Positions 30,090 through 40,015 of a DNA stretch of 64,000 nucleotides are shown here, piece after piece; the stretch's first letter is position 1; each line of letters opens with the position of its first letter. The translations under genes were made by a program, and so were the position numbers. Source of the stretch: a virus. Where the stretch lies: the IMG/VR virus record IMGVR_UViG_3300027896_000002, positions 10,128 to 74,127 of that record. The stretch is one strand, 5' to 3'. The notes beneath the pieces are model-generated. The model saw only the letters and a list, made by a program, of their open reading frames with translations. It ran no database searches and was not told where the DNA came from.

Positions 30090-30830
30090 ATGAAAAGAAG
30101 ATATGACTGGATACGTGACCTGCCAGACCATAGAGATTTTATGTTTTTGAGGCTGCCGACGAAGATTCCAAACACGGTAGATCTTCGCCCGAAGTGCTCT
30201 CCGATAGAGAATCAGCTACAACTTGGAGCTTGTACGGCTAATGCTGGAGTTGGCATCTATGAATGCCTTGAGCACATTCAGGGGATGAAGTTTGATGATA
30301 AATCCCGTTTGTTTCTATACTATAATACCCGCCTTATCCAAGGAACTGTCAGTACTGACAGTGGGGGAACGATTCGGAATACCTTCAAGGCAGAGGCGAA
30401 ATATGGCATCTGTTCAGAGAAACTGTGGCTATATGATATTCAAAAGTTTGCGGTGTTACCACCGAAAAATTGTTATGCTGACGCGATAAAGCACACAATA
30501 ATTATTTATCAGAGAATGCAGACCCTCGATGATTTGCTCAACTGTCTTGCTCTCGGATTTCCATTTGAATTTGGCTTCTCAGTTTATCAATCTTTTGAAA
30601 GTGATAAAGTGGCGAAGACGGGAATCGTACCAATGCCGAAGAAGACCGAAGCGTTTCTCGGGGGCCATGCGGTAGACGGAGTTGGCTATGAGATGGACAA
30701 GAAGTGGATCATCTGTCGGAACTCGTGGGGTCCGCAGTGGGGGGACTACGGATATTTTTATCTCCCGTTTAATTACATTTCTAATCCTAACCTGGCCGCC
30801 GACTTTTGGATGGCAAAAAAAGAGACGTGA
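30090..30830 (+). CDS. Papain-like C1 cysteine peptidase
   Basis: Q..LGACTANA (Cys), GGHAV (His), RNSWG (Asn). Confidence 0.92.
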   Translation: MKRRYDWIRDLPDHRDFMFLRLPTKIPNTVDLRPKCSPIENQLQLGACTANAGVGIYECLEHIQGMKFDDKSRLFLYYNTRLIQGTVSTDSGGTIRNTFKAEAKYGICSEKLWLYDIQKFAVLPPKNCYADAIKHTIIIYQRMQTLDDLLNCLALGFPFEFGFSVYQSFESDKVAKTGIVPMPKKTEAFLGGHAVDGVGYEMDKKWIICRNSWGPQWGDYGYFYLPFNYISNPNLAADFWMAKKET

Positions 30831-30866
30831 TGCCTAAGACGCTCGTACTGTCTATTCTAAAGAGAG

Positions 30867-31061
30867 GTGATGGTTATGATTGAAATTATTTTGACAGCCA
30901 TTCTTAGAAAGGCCATATTTGCTGCCCTAATAGCTGTAGTATTTTTATGTTGGGACAAAGGGTATTTTAGGGCATTTGATACAGATAAGGTGATAGCAAA
31001 TGATCCACAGGCAATCGCGATTCTTTATGCTGGTCTTTTTATTTCCCTTGCTTTTGCTTAG
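30867..31061 (+). CDS. Small two-TM protein (holin-like)
   Basis: Hydrophobic, directly before the lysin. Confidence 0.5.
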   Translation: MMVMIEIILTAILRKAIFAALIAVVFLCWDKGYFRAFDTDKVIANDPQAIAILYAGLFISLAFA

Positions 31062-31587
31062 CTGTAAGGGGGAAATAACAGCAGAGGCAATAGCTAAGCC
31101 AGTGGCGGCTAAGGTGTCAATTCCTGAACCTGTTGGGAAGTATGATCTTTCTTTCAAGCGCTGGGGAGAGTTTTATTTTCCCTTTGACGACTGGCGCTGG
31201 TGGAAATCTCAGGGGATAGCGGAAAGCAACCTTAACCCAAATGCGGTGTCATGGTGTGGGGCTGTTGGGGTAATGCAAATTATGCCAGCTACTGCAACGG
31301 GTTTAGGCGTAAAGAACAGGTTAGATGCAGAAGAGAGTATCCAGGGAGGAATTAAATACGATAATCAGGTCGATAGAGTTTTTAAAAGTGTTGACCAGCC
31401 AGAGCGAAGGAAATTTATGTTTGCAGGTTACAACGCTGGGCCTGGAAATATTACGAAGGCTAAAAAATTGGCCGGTTCTGATACGTGGGATGTTACCGCA
31501 AATTCTCTTAACCTTGTTACCGGCCATAATTCGTTAGAGACAATAAACTACGTTAAGAGGATCTGCAAAATAAAAAAAGACCTTTAA
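31000..31587 (+). CDS. Lytic transglycosylase endolysin (SLT/MltF-like)
   Basis: AES..NPNAVS..GA.G.MQIMP.T, YNAGPGN, ET.NYV.RI; lipobox-like LLSC. Confidence 0.92.
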   Translation: MIHRQSRFFMLVFLFPLLLLSCKGEITAEAIAKPVAAKVSIPEPVGKYDLSFKRWGEFYFPFDDWRWWKSQGIAESNLNPNAVSWCGAVGVMQIMPATATGLGVKNRLDAEESIQGGIKYDNQVDRVFKSVDQPERRKFMFAGYNAGPGNITKAKKLAGSDTWDVTANSLNLVTGHNSLETINYVKRICKIKKDL

Positions 31588-31602
31588 AGGAGGTGATCAC
31601 AA

Positions 31603-31866
31603 ATGAGAAAATGGCTATCATGGTTTATGTTTTTTTTGATGTCGTGTCTCTTGTTCGTTATCTCTGCGTGTTCGGGGTCAACGACAGGTTCAGCTGTCGA
31701 AAAAACGATCATCCTGATTGTGGTGCTGATGATTGTGGCTATCTGCTTATTGATCGCCTTGGGGATTTTCCTCTACAAGGTATATAAGCACAATAAGGAC
31801 AAAATCGCCGCAGTTCATACTACTGTCAATGAGGTGCAACAAGCTGTGGCCACTCTCAAAAAGTAA
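31603..31866 (+). CDS. Small lipoprotein/membrane protein
   Basis: ISAC lipobox plus TM; SD GGAGG. Confidence 0.55.
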   Translation: MRKWLSWFMFFLMSCLLFVISACSGSTTGSAVEKTIILIVVLMIVAICLLIALGIFLYKVYKHNKDKIAAVHTTVNEVQQAVATLKK

Positions 31867-31872
31867 AAATTC

Positions 31873-31944
31873 ATTCTGGGACGAGGGGTCAAACACGGGT
31901 TAGCCAAGGGCAAGAAATACTCCACCCGTGCCTCGTCCCAGAAT
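31873..31944 (+). other. Long intergenic stem-loop
   Basis: ATTCTGGGACGAGG/CCTCGTCCCAGAAT 14 bp plus inner CACGGGT/ACCCGTG. Confidence 0.7.
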
Positions 31945-31958
31945 AAAGGAAAATAAAC

Positions 31959-32663
31959 ATGAACTTAAAAACAAGGCTTGATCTTTTATGGCAGAGCCCA
32001 CCCGTTTATTTGAAGACCAAAGATCCGGTGGCAATATTCTCTGATCATCACATGAATGATCAAGGCGTGGCAGATTATTTCTTTCCGAACTATCCTCGTT
32101 ACTTAAAAATTCGTAGAAATTATGCAAATAGTGGGTGGGTGACTATTGATTTAGGAGATAGGGAAGATCTCTGGAAATATCCGAAAGTACAAATTATTCG
32201 AGAAAGATACAAGGAAGCCTACGAGCTGGATGAACAACTTCGACGAGAAGGGCTATACTTTAAGGTGGGAGGAAATCACAATATTCAACTTGGGTATCCA
32301 GAAGCCTTAGTTTTAGACCATCCTGCCGGAAAGTTTCTACTGGTTCATGGGTACCAGGGTGATTTTTTTAATGATACGATGTGGCCGATTGCCATGCTGT
32401 TTGTGAGATATGTTGCCGACCCACTTGAAAAGATCGGCATTAAAGACCCTTGGAGCGTGAGCAAGAACCCAAAGAGGCACAAGAAGATAAGGGATGCCTT
32501 GATCTACTGGGCCAATCATGCTGATCCATCTATGACAGGAATGATCGCAGGACACACTCATAAGCAAGAGCAGATTGGGCGTTATTTTAATGTGGGGTGT
32601 GAGATGCATACCCAGCTTGAGTGTATAGAGATTAATCAAACAATTCAACTGAGAACGTGGTAG
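31959..32663 (+). CDS. Calcineurin-like metallophosphoesterase (LpxH-like)
   Basis: SDHH, LGD..D, GNHN, VHG, GHTH. Confidence 0.88.
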   Translation: MNLKTRLDLLWQSPPVYLKTKDPVAIFSDHHMNDQGVADYFFPNYPRYLKIRRNYANSGWVTIDLGDREDLWKYPKVQIIRERYKEAYELDEQLRREGLYFKVGGNHNIQLGYPEALVLDHPAGKFLLVHGYQGDFFNDTMWPIAMLFVRYVADPLEKIGIKDPWSVSKNPKRHKKIRDALIYWANHADPSMTGMIAGHTHKQEQIGRYFNVGCEMHTQLECIEINQTIQLRTW

Positions 32664-32675
32664 GAGGATAAGTTA

Positions 32676-33371
32676 ATGAAAAAAGTTATTCGCTGGTCGG
32701 TAATAGGAATTTTAGTAGGTGTTTTTTCTCCGTATATAATCATAGCTATCTTGAACTTCGTCAACTCCTGGCTTAATAGCTGGAAATTTAATTGGTGAAG
32801 GAGATTAGAGAATGAAAAAGATTATCTATTGGTCAATAATAGTAATTTTGATAGTTGCTCTTTCTCCATTTATAATCTTGTTTATAGCTGGAGATTTAGT
32901 TGGCGAAGGTCTTTCAATGTTAAGTTAAAAGGATGTATAAAAATGGAAATCTATATTGGAATTTTTGGTTTAATTTTGGCTCTCCTTATTTGCTGGCTAA
33001 TTTGGCCGTAGGAGGTGAGTTTATGATTCCTTATATTGTGGTAGGTCTTTTAGTGATAGGTGTGATTTGGAGAAACTGGTAGGAGGTGAATCAGTATGTT
33101 GAAGTATTGGCTATGTCTTATTGCGATTGTAGGTCTGGTTATAGCGGGACTAATATTCAAGACCAAAACAGGTGGAGTGAATGTTATTTTCTTCTTTGCT
33201 TTGATAGCATTAGGTTGGGCATTTTTATTGCTTACAAACAGAAAATGGGAACGGGAGGAATAAATAATGTTACGAATCTTACATAACCAAAAAAGGTATC
33301 AGAGATTTAATCCATTTACACTCATTATGGTGTTGATAGTTATTGCAGTCACATATCTCTTATCAAAGTAA
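32676..33371 (+). other. Array of six tiny membrane-peptide ORFs (32676-32798, 32812-32928, 32943-33011, 33023-33082, 33096-33263, 33267-33371)
   Basis: Each has an ATG with an SD-like motif (GGAG/GGAGG or AAGGA) and a hydrophobic helix; translated by hand. Confidence 0.6.
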
Positions 33372-33390
33372 GAACTGAAAAGGAGGGAGT

Positions 33391-33813
33391 TTGATGGAAC
33401 GAATAATGAAATTTATTAAGATATTTCCATGGTGGTTTTGGATCTTGGTAATTGTAGGCTTGCTTTTTCTATGGCAGGCTTTTTCAGGATGGTCAATGTC
33501 TAAAAAATATTTCGATCTGGCCGTTCAGGGCCTTAAGACAGAAGAGTCTCAGGTCCTTAAAAATAAGGATGAATACATCAAGGCATGTGAGACAGAGATC
33601 AGAGATAAGCAGGTAGAGATCGATCAGATTAAGAAAGAGAAGGCAACGCTACAGATTGATAAAGTCAATTCGGCCGCTGAAGTTGTCCGGCTAAAAAGGA
33701 GCAACGATGACCTTAAAAGGCAGATTCGAGAAATCATTATTCCTGATGATCCTGATCGGATCATTGACGATCTGCGGAAACGCTTTCCCTCAATCCATAA
33801 GATTCAGCCTTGA
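33391..33813 (+). CDS. Putative i-spanin
   Basis: N-terminal TM plus coiled coil at end of lysis module. Confidence 0.55.
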   Translation: MMERIMKFIKIFPWWFWILVIVGLLFLWQAFSGWSMSKKYFDLAVQGLKTEESQVLKNKDEYIKACETEIRDKQVEIDQIKKEKATLQIDKVNSAAEVVRLKRSNDDLKRQIREIIIPDDPDRIIDDLRKRFPSIHKIQP

Positions 33814-34156
33814 GTTTCCTGATCTTAAGGAATGGGATAAGCAGACCCAGGAATATCCGCTTCAAAATAAATTGATTGAAGATCAGGCCAAGACAATTCA
33901 AGAGCTCGAAAAATCTCTCGCCATAGAGATAAAAACCAACGAGCTGAACCAGCGAGAGCTCAATTTAAAAGATCAGATCATTGGCTTAAAAGATCAGGAG
34001 ATAGCGGCAACAAACAGGGCCAACGCTCAGTTAAAAGATGTCACGGATCGAGCTATCAAGCTGGCTGAGATCTCAAAGCCAAAATCCAACTGGGAACTCC
34101 AGGGAATTCTCTCTGGGGTAGCATTGGCTGTTGGATATTTTCTTGGAAGAAGATAA
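33707..34156 (+). CDS. Putative spanin partner/coiled-coil membrane protein
   Basis: Overlaps upstream gene; signal-like N-terminus, coiled coil, C-terminal TM. Confidence 0.5.
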   Translation: MTLKGRFEKSLFLMILIGSLTICGNAFPQSIRFSLEFPDLKEWDKQTQEYPLQNKLIEDQAKTIQELEKSLAIEIKTNELNQRELNLKDQIIGLKDQEIAATNRANAQLKDVTDRAIKLAEISKPKSNWELQGILSGVALAVGYFLGRR

Positions 34157-34573
34157 TTATAAGTAATGACATTCCGCTATCAACGGGTGATCTTTCACTA
34201 GCATCGGGACGATCCAATTTAGGTTAGTAATTATATTTGGGGGTAAAGAATCAATAGAAAATATTTTGACCTCTTCATCAGTTATAGACCTTATGTCTCG
34301 CATAGAGCCAAAGGCGCGAAACACCCAGCACTTCCAGTCTTTACCATTCATCTTTAGGATTATCTCCCAACTTGAGATTTCTAACCCTGCCTCCTCCTTA
34401 AATTCACGGATCATTGCCTTAAGAGGGTCTTCCCCGATCATGACCTTTCCTCCAATCCCGTTGAACCTCCCACTCTGCCATTTTGGCCTATTCTTTTTTA
34501 TTAAGGCTACTGTAGTTTTATCCCCTGAAAAATAAAAACCCAAGACATACCATCTTATAGCAATATTTTTCAC
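34157..34573 (-). CDS. NUDIX hydrolase
   Basis: GGK...GE....AMIREFKEEAG Nudix box. Confidence 0.9.
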   Translation of the reverse strand: MKNIAIRWYVLGFYFSGDKTTVALIKKNRPKWQSGRFNGIGGKVMIGEDPLKAMIREFKEEAGLEISSWEIILKMNGKDWKCWVFRAFGSMRDIRSITDEEVKIFSIDSLPPNIITNLNWIVPMLVKDHPLIAECHYL

Positions 34574-34584
34574 AATGCACCTCC

Positions 34585-35145
34585 TTATTGGTTTTGAACC
34601 AGGACATATAGGTTAGCTAAATTTTCTAAGATTCTATTTTTATAGTGCCCGTCTTTTCCGCCTAGATATAGGTCAAGGGTTTTAGAAATATCTTCACTAC
34701 TCTGTTTGGAGCATTCATCTAGGATCAAAGATCCTGCCCTTATCGATGGTTTAACATCAAACAAATCTCTCCTGTTTTTTGCTATCCCCAACTTTAACAA
34801 GGCAACCTTGTGAGTATCATACATCACCTGAGTTAGGCCAATCGCCCCTTTGCTTGAAATGGCCGTGGGGACAAATTCGCTTTCGACAAAAGTTAAAGCC
34901 AGGACCAAAAGGGGCTTGTGAGTTTTAAGTGACTCTTGAACTATGGTCCTTGCCGTAAATTCAGAAATCCGGCTTGAATGGTCAAAGACCCATTTTGTCA
35001 GGGAGATTTGAACTATCTCATTTCTTAAGCGGTTGGTCTCTTCCTTCTTTGTCTCTGGTAAATTCATCATTTCTAATTGGTATAAAACCCAGATCCCAGT
35101 TCCTATTGCAGTAAGTAAAAGTATCCCAGCAATTAATTTTTTCAT
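34585..35145 (-). CDS. Membrane-anchored SLT lytic transglycosylase
   Basis: VESEF.PTAISSKGAIGLTQV, Y.GG; N-terminal TM. Confidence 0.85.
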   Translation of the reverse strand: MKKLIAGILLLTAIGTGIWVLYQLEMMNLPETKKEETNRLRNEIVQISLTKWVFDHSSRISEFTARTIVQESLKTHKPLLVLALTFVESEFVPTAISSKGAIGLTQVMYDTHKVALLKLGIAKNRRDLFDVKPSIRAGSLILDECSKQSSEDISKTLDLYLGGKDGHYKNRILENLANLYVLVQNQ

Positions 35146-35165
35146 CTTTATTACCTCCCTTTATT

Positions 35166-35594
35166 TTATGCCCATGAAATAATTCTTTTGAATTGTGGCC
35201 AATCAATTGAATTATCCCAAACATGGGTTGCCACATCTTCCATCTGGGCCTTATTTAAGGTCCCAATAAGATAAATCTTTTTCCATGAAAAAATAAGATA
35301 GGTTCGTTCAATTCGAATTAAGAGCCAGCACCATCCACCATTATGGCCACGGTTTTGTAACCATGCTCGCTGTTGGTCAGTAAATCCTGGGACCTTAACA
35401 ATTGTCATTGGATTTTTTGGCCAAGCATCAAGAGACTTCAACTCAATCCAACCATTTATCTTATTGATTCCATATGAAACATCTGGCACCCCAGGTGAAA
35501 GTCGATCTTCATGTCGAGCAGCATCCCATGAGTTTCTCATTCCGCTTCGTAAGTATAGCCATAGAGACCTTTCTGCCATTATTTTGTCCCCCAA
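35166..35594 (-). CDS. PD-(D/E)xK nuclease (VRR-NUC/Holliday junction resolvase-like)
   Basis: PGVPD, GWIELK, QRAW. Confidence 0.8.
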   Translation of the reverse strand: MGDKIMAERSLWLYLRSGMRNSWDAARHEDRLSPGVPDVSYGINKINGWIELKSLDAWPKNPMTIVKVPGFTDQQRAWLQNRGHNGGWCWLLIRIERTYLIFSWKKIYLIGTLNKAQMEDVATHVWDNSIDWPQFKRIISWA

Positions 35595-37501
35595 TTCTCT
35601 ACAAGAGCATGGTCTATGATGATTGGGACCTTAAACTTGATCGTTGTTTCCATGATGTGGATCATTTCCTTAAAGGCCTCTTTTCCCTCTTTCGTCTTTG
35701 GCACAGAAGAAATTAGTTCATCATGAACGGTAAGATGTGGAATTAAAATACCACACAGCCCTGCTTCCCAAATATCAACCATGGCCTTTTTTATAAGGTC
35801 AGCGGCACTTCCCTGGATGATAGCGTTTAGGGCCCGATAGGTATAAGCTCGCTGTACCCCAGGACGTGGTGGAATTTCACCTTTGTCTAAGGCTTCCCAA
35901 ATTTTTTTATTAACTTGTTTAAGCATCAAGCTTTTATCTTCAATGGCATCAAGTTCCTTAGCTAAGGTGTAATCAACTGGAGCCCAGGTAATAAAGCGGC
36001 GCCGCCGGTTTAAAATTGTTTTAACATAGCCCTTTAAAAGAGCCGCGTTGGAAGCAGCCTCAAGGGTAGTTTTCATAAAAGGAATCTTTTCATTATATTC
36101 TTGAAGAAATTTTTCGGCTTCAGTGTACGGAAGTCCCAACTGTCTGGCAAGTTTTCTAAGGCCCATGCCATAGATTAAACCAAAATTAATGTCTTTAGCC
36201 TTTCGCCTTTGCTCTGGTTTACCAATTGTATTTGCGCACCATTGGTGATAGTCAATTTTTGGATTTTCATTATACTCAGCCCTAAATTGATCTGACCCAA
36301 GCCCAATGGCATAATGGGCAAAGATCCGAAATTCAACCTGTGAGTAGTCGGCTTTTCCTAAATCACATCCTTTTTCAGGGATAAACATTGAACGACACAA
36401 TGGCCCCAGTTCTTCATCACGAGCTGGAATAAATTGCAAGTTTGGGTGAGAGCATGAAAAACGCCCAGTAACAGTTCCGTACTCATCTGATAGTAGTTGG
36501 TTGAAAAGACAATGAACTCGGCCATTGATAAGCTGGTCTTTAATCGAGCCTTTCAAAAAGGTTCCAATAAATTTATCAAGGGTACGGCACGCGGTGATTA
36601 ACTTAGGCAACGGATGCTCATGGGCCCTTAACCATTCCTTAACAAAAGAAGGCTTTTTAGTCTTAGCGGTCAGAGGATATTCAACTTTAAATTTGTCAAA
36701 GGCCTTGGCAATATCCTCCGCTGCCTGATAATTAATTTTAAAGCCTACAAGCTTTTTTAATTCAGCGTAGGTTCGTTTTAGACGTTTATTATATTCAATG
36801 ATAGCGTGATTTAACTTAGTTTCATCAATCCGAATACCAATGCGTCTCATCTGTAAAAGTAGCGGGGAAAGCCTAGTCTCAAGCAAGAAAAGGTCCCATA
36901 GCTCTTCGGCCTTTAAAATTGACGCCTGCTTCTTAAAGATTTTAATTGGCAGCCTGACGTCTTGCTTCGCGTAGCAGGTGACTTTTTCAAAGGGAATTTT
37001 CCAAAGGTATTTTTGAACCTTGCCCTTCCACCCACGCTCAAGGCAATAGGCCTCAAGCTCAGTTTCTTCCTTAGTTTCACCTAAATACTTTTTAGCGAGG
37101 GCTCCAAGATTATAGTTGCCAGCGTTGTTCTCATCAAGCAAGGGCTCGGCAATTTGCACATCATACCAAGGTCCTTTTACCTGAACACCTTGCTCGGCTA
37201 AAAAATCAAAATCATATAGAAGGTTAGTCCCAAGCTTTATCTGTGAAACTCGACTAAGTTCTTTTTTAAGCCATGAAAAAACAGCCTTCTTGTTAAGGTT
37301 AGGGCCCCAATCATGGGCGATAGGGTAATATTCACAAAAATCATGGTCAGCGGCAATTGAGACGCCAATGATGTAAGCATCTCGACGAACCCCAGGTCCT
37401 TTTTCTACAAGGTCATCATCTCTGGTCTCAACGTCAATGCTAATGACCTTGGCTCTTGAAAGGTCAGGAAAACTATCTGGTAAATGGTAAAGGTCAGGCA
37501 T
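35579..37501 (-). CDS. polA: Family A DNA polymerase with 3'-5' exonuclease domain
   Basis: DVET exo I, TGRFS...PNLQ, DYSQVEFR, RRKAK.INFG..YG, IQGSAAD, TVHDE. Confidence 0.96.
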   Translation of the reverse strand: MPDLYHLPDSFPDLSRAKVISIDVETRDDDLVEKGPGVRRDAYIIGVSIAADHDFCEYYPIAHDWGPNLNKKAVFSWLKKELSRVSQIKLGTNLLYDFDFLAEQGVQVKGPWYDVQIAEPLLDENNAGNYNLGALAKKYLGETKEETELEAYCLERGWKGKVQKYLWKIPFEKVTCYAKQDVRLPIKIFKKQASILKAEELWDLFLLETRLSPLLLQMRRIGIRIDETKLNHAIIEYNKRLKRTYAELKKLVGFKINYQAAEDIAKAFDKFKVEYPLTAKTKKPSFVKEWLRAHEHPLPKLITACRTLDKFIGTFLKGSIKDQLINGRVHCLFNQLLSDEYGTVTGRFSCSHPNLQFIPARDEELGPLCRSMFIPEKGCDLGKADYSQVEFRIFAHYAIGLGSDQFRAEYNENPKIDYHQWCANTIGKPEQRRKAKDINFGLIYGMGLRKLARQLGLPYTEAEKFLQEYNEKIPFMKTTLEAASNAALLKGYVKTILNRRRRFITWAPVDYTLAKELDAIEDKSLMLKQVNKKIWEALDKGEIPPRPGVQRAYTYRALNAIIQGSAADLIKKAMVDIWEAGLCGILIPHLTVHDELISSVPKTKEGKEAFKEMIHIMETTIKFKVPIIIDHALVENWGTK

Positions 37502-37718
37502 AGCTACCTCATGGCTTCATACCCTGGGTCATTCAGGATCATCCAGGATCATTTTCTTTGGTTAGGTATATATCTTCCTATTAGGGCCCCTTAAAAAGAG
37601 GCTTAAAACATGTCCTCGGGAGCATAAATCTAATCATTTAGGACCATTCAGAATCAACTTTGATCATAAGTACATAACCTTCTATAGGTCTTATGGGATA
37701 ACACCTTAAGACCATGTC

Positions 37719-38225
37719 CTATGCTTCATAGGATAGTACTTTTTCATGGAGGATAGACCATTTGACTCCTAACTCAGAGAACAGTTGCTTTGACCTTTCA
37801 GAACTCTGATAGTCATAGGTGGCCTTAACCTCAACGATACCTACGTTCACGATGGCCTTAGCGCAGTCATAACACGGAAAAATTTTACAGTATAAAATTG
37901 CTCCTTCTACCGTGGGGCCATAGCGAGCCGCTTGTAGAATAGCATTAAGCTCCGCGTGCAAAGTCCTGGCACAATTTTTTGTTTCAATTTGCATATCATT
38001 TGACCAGTATTTTCTTGATTCGATCTCATGTCCAGCCTCATCACAGTGAGGTGCCCCCATTGGAGAGCCAACATGCCCAGTGGCAATGATCCGGCCTTGT
38101 TTCACGATGACTGCCCCAGCCATCCCTCGGTCACAGGTGCCACGCAAAGTAATCGCCTCAACTACGGCTCGATAGTATTCATCCCTTGAAATTCGGCTCA
38201 TAGTTTCTCCTTTCCTGCTAACCAA
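37719..38225 (-). CDS. dCMP deaminase
   Basis: HAELNA and PCYDC zinc motifs. Confidence 0.92.
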   Translation of the reverse strand: MVSRKGETMSRISRDEYYRAVVEAITLRGTCDRGMAGAVIVKQGRIIATGHVGSPMGAPHCDEAGHEIESRKYWSNDMQIETKNCARTLHAELNAILQAARYGPTVEGAILYCKIFPCYDCAKAIVNVGIVEVKATYDYQSSERSKQLFSELGVKWSILHEKVLSYEA

Positions 38226-39070
38226 TTTAATTTCTGTTTTAATAATGGGTCCTTGATCAAGTCAATAAAGCCATCAATCACTGGTAAATACTCTAGCTTA
38301 TTGGCCCGGATAAATTCATCCGTCATCTCAACATTTCGAAGCTCATAGTCAAGTTCAATGCCGCTTTTCAACGTCGAAAGAGGAGTGAACTGACTGTTAG
38401 GGATTAAGTTATGGCTTAAGATCTCATTGACCTTATCATAATGCTCTTGATAAACGTGAAAGCTGCCTTGGATCAGCCGAAATTCTCCTGGCTCAAGCTC
38501 CAAGATGGAGGCAAGAATTAGCTGGAGACAGGTAAAATTATGCACGTCGTAAGGAAACCCGAGCCAGGCATCTTGGCTTCGCATGTAGACGTTAAGATTC
38601 AAGCGCTCAAGGGGCCGGCGGATAAATTGCATAGTGATGGTGCATGGCACGTCCTTGGTTACTGGTGGCTTTTCACGCCAGATAGTTAGGACCGCTTGCC
38701 TGGTCCATGGATCTTGTCGCAGGGCATTTTCAACGTATGATAATTGATCCATGATCTTGGGCCCATAGGCGCCAAAGAACGTGATCCCGTCGTCAGAGTA
38801 AGCTTTAACCTTCTTGCTATAAAAGCCAATCATCTCGACATCATCGCGCCCAAGCAAGATCCAAAGAAGCTCGGCAGCCATGAACCTCTTAGAGGCATTT
38901 CGCACTAAGTTAATGAGGATATTATTCTGGATATTATTAAGTATGGTGCAAAATGGGCTTAGCTCCAAGCACTGATAACCCCGAGGCATGGTTATATTTC
39001 CATAACTCATAAGGTATTCTAAAGCATCCAAGTACAAGGCGTCAATTGAGCTGTTTGAAATAACTAACAT
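38198..39070 (-). CDS. Thymidylate synthase superfamily enzyme, probably a dCMP (hydroxy)methyltransferase
   Basis: TRQA, DVPC catalytic Cys, MRSQDAWLGFPYD with Asp at the ThyA Asn177 position. Confidence 0.8.
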   Translation of the reverse strand: MLVISNSSIDALYLDALEYLMSYGNITMPRGYQCLELSPFCTILNNIQNNILINLVRNASKRFMAAELLWILLGRDDVEMIGFYSKKVKAYSDDGITFFGAYGPKIMDQLSYVENALRQDPWTRQAVLTIWREKPPVTKDVPCTITMQFIRRPLERLNLNVYMRSQDAWLGFPYDVHNFTCLQLILASILELEPGEFRLIQGSFHVYQEHYDKVNEILSHNLIPNSQFTPLSTLKSGIELDYELRNVEMTDEFIRANKLEYLPVIDGFIDLIKDPLLKQKLNWLAGKEKL

Positions 39071-39996
39071 GGGTTTTCTCCTTTCATCGCGGCCTTTAAA
39101 AACTTCACATAGGCCTTAGGTTCATGGGCATGGAAGCGGTGCCAATATTGCGGGTGGGGAATTGTCTGGTGCTTGACTCCAAGGTTTAAAAGCTTTTGAT
39201 GGGCATAGGTACCTAAACCTATCCAAGTTGTATTTTCAAGGTTTAAAAAGTTAACTTCACCTTTAGTCAAGTTAATGGCATTGCAAAGATAAACTAAATC
39301 CTCGGGAACATTTGCTTCTTTGAATCGCTCATAAAGATAACTACTTGCCGGCCCATTGTCAAATGGCAACCCAAGCCAAGTTATTTTCATATTTAGCCTA
39401 TCGCCCACGAACACGACCTTTTCACCATAAATAGTTCCTACCCCTGAACAACAGTTCATAGCTAAGATAGCATGGCTCCTAAGCGGAAGAAGCAATCGTT
39501 CAAGGTGTAAGAGCAAGTCAGCTAGCGCTGTTTCCTTGGTGGCATCATAAAAAAGCAAGGGCCAAAGGTTACAGGAATGGATTAATGTTTTAAACCGAAC
39601 CCAAGCCCTTTGATTATCTTTCAATGAGATCTTCTCATTGGCTAAATTATCATTAAGCCGAGCTTGACAAACTTTGAGCGGGGTCGAGGCATAGATAAAG
39701 ATTGCCCCCTTAAGTCGACAGATGCGCTCGATCACGGCATATTGCAGGTCGCTTATCTTTGAGGCTCCCCGCAGCAGTGGGCCATAAACTCGCTCCCCAA
39801 AATAAGACCGGTCACACACGGTCGGGTAAGAGATGCCTTCAAAAAATGAAGCGTACTCTGACGCTGGGTCATTTCCCGGGGCACTAAAGTGAGCATATTG
39901 ATAATGAAATCGCTCCTCAATCTTTTTTGCCAGGGTAGTTTTTCCTGACTTATCTGGGCCTTCAATGATGATCAACATGACAGGGTCTCCTTTCAA
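39064..39996 (-). CDS. dNMP kinase fused to a UDG-like domain
   Basis: EGPDKSGKTT, CDRS...E.VYG; C-terminal VVFVGD, LG..A, HP motifs. Confidence 0.75.
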   Translation of the reverse strand: MKGDPVMLIIIEGPDKSGKTTLAKKIEERFHYQYAHFSAPGNDPASEYASFFEGISYPTVCDRSYFGERVYGPLLRGASKISDLQYAVIERICRLKGAIFIYASTPLKVCQARLNDNLANEKISLKDNQRAWVRFKTLIHSCNLWPLLFYDATKETALADLLLHLERLLLPLRSHAILAMNCCSGVGTIYGEKVVFVGDRLNMKITWLGLPFDNGPASSYLYERFKEANVPEDLVYLCNAINLTKGEVNFLNLENTTWIGLGTYAHQKLLNLGVKHQTIPHPQYWHRFHAHEPKAYVKFLKAAMKGENPC

Positions 39997-40015
39997 TTCA
40001 ATGGACGTTAAATTC

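Noticed and set aside
38198-39070. Plain thyA annotation
   Set aside because: Specificity residue is Asp rather than Asn, so the symbol was withheld
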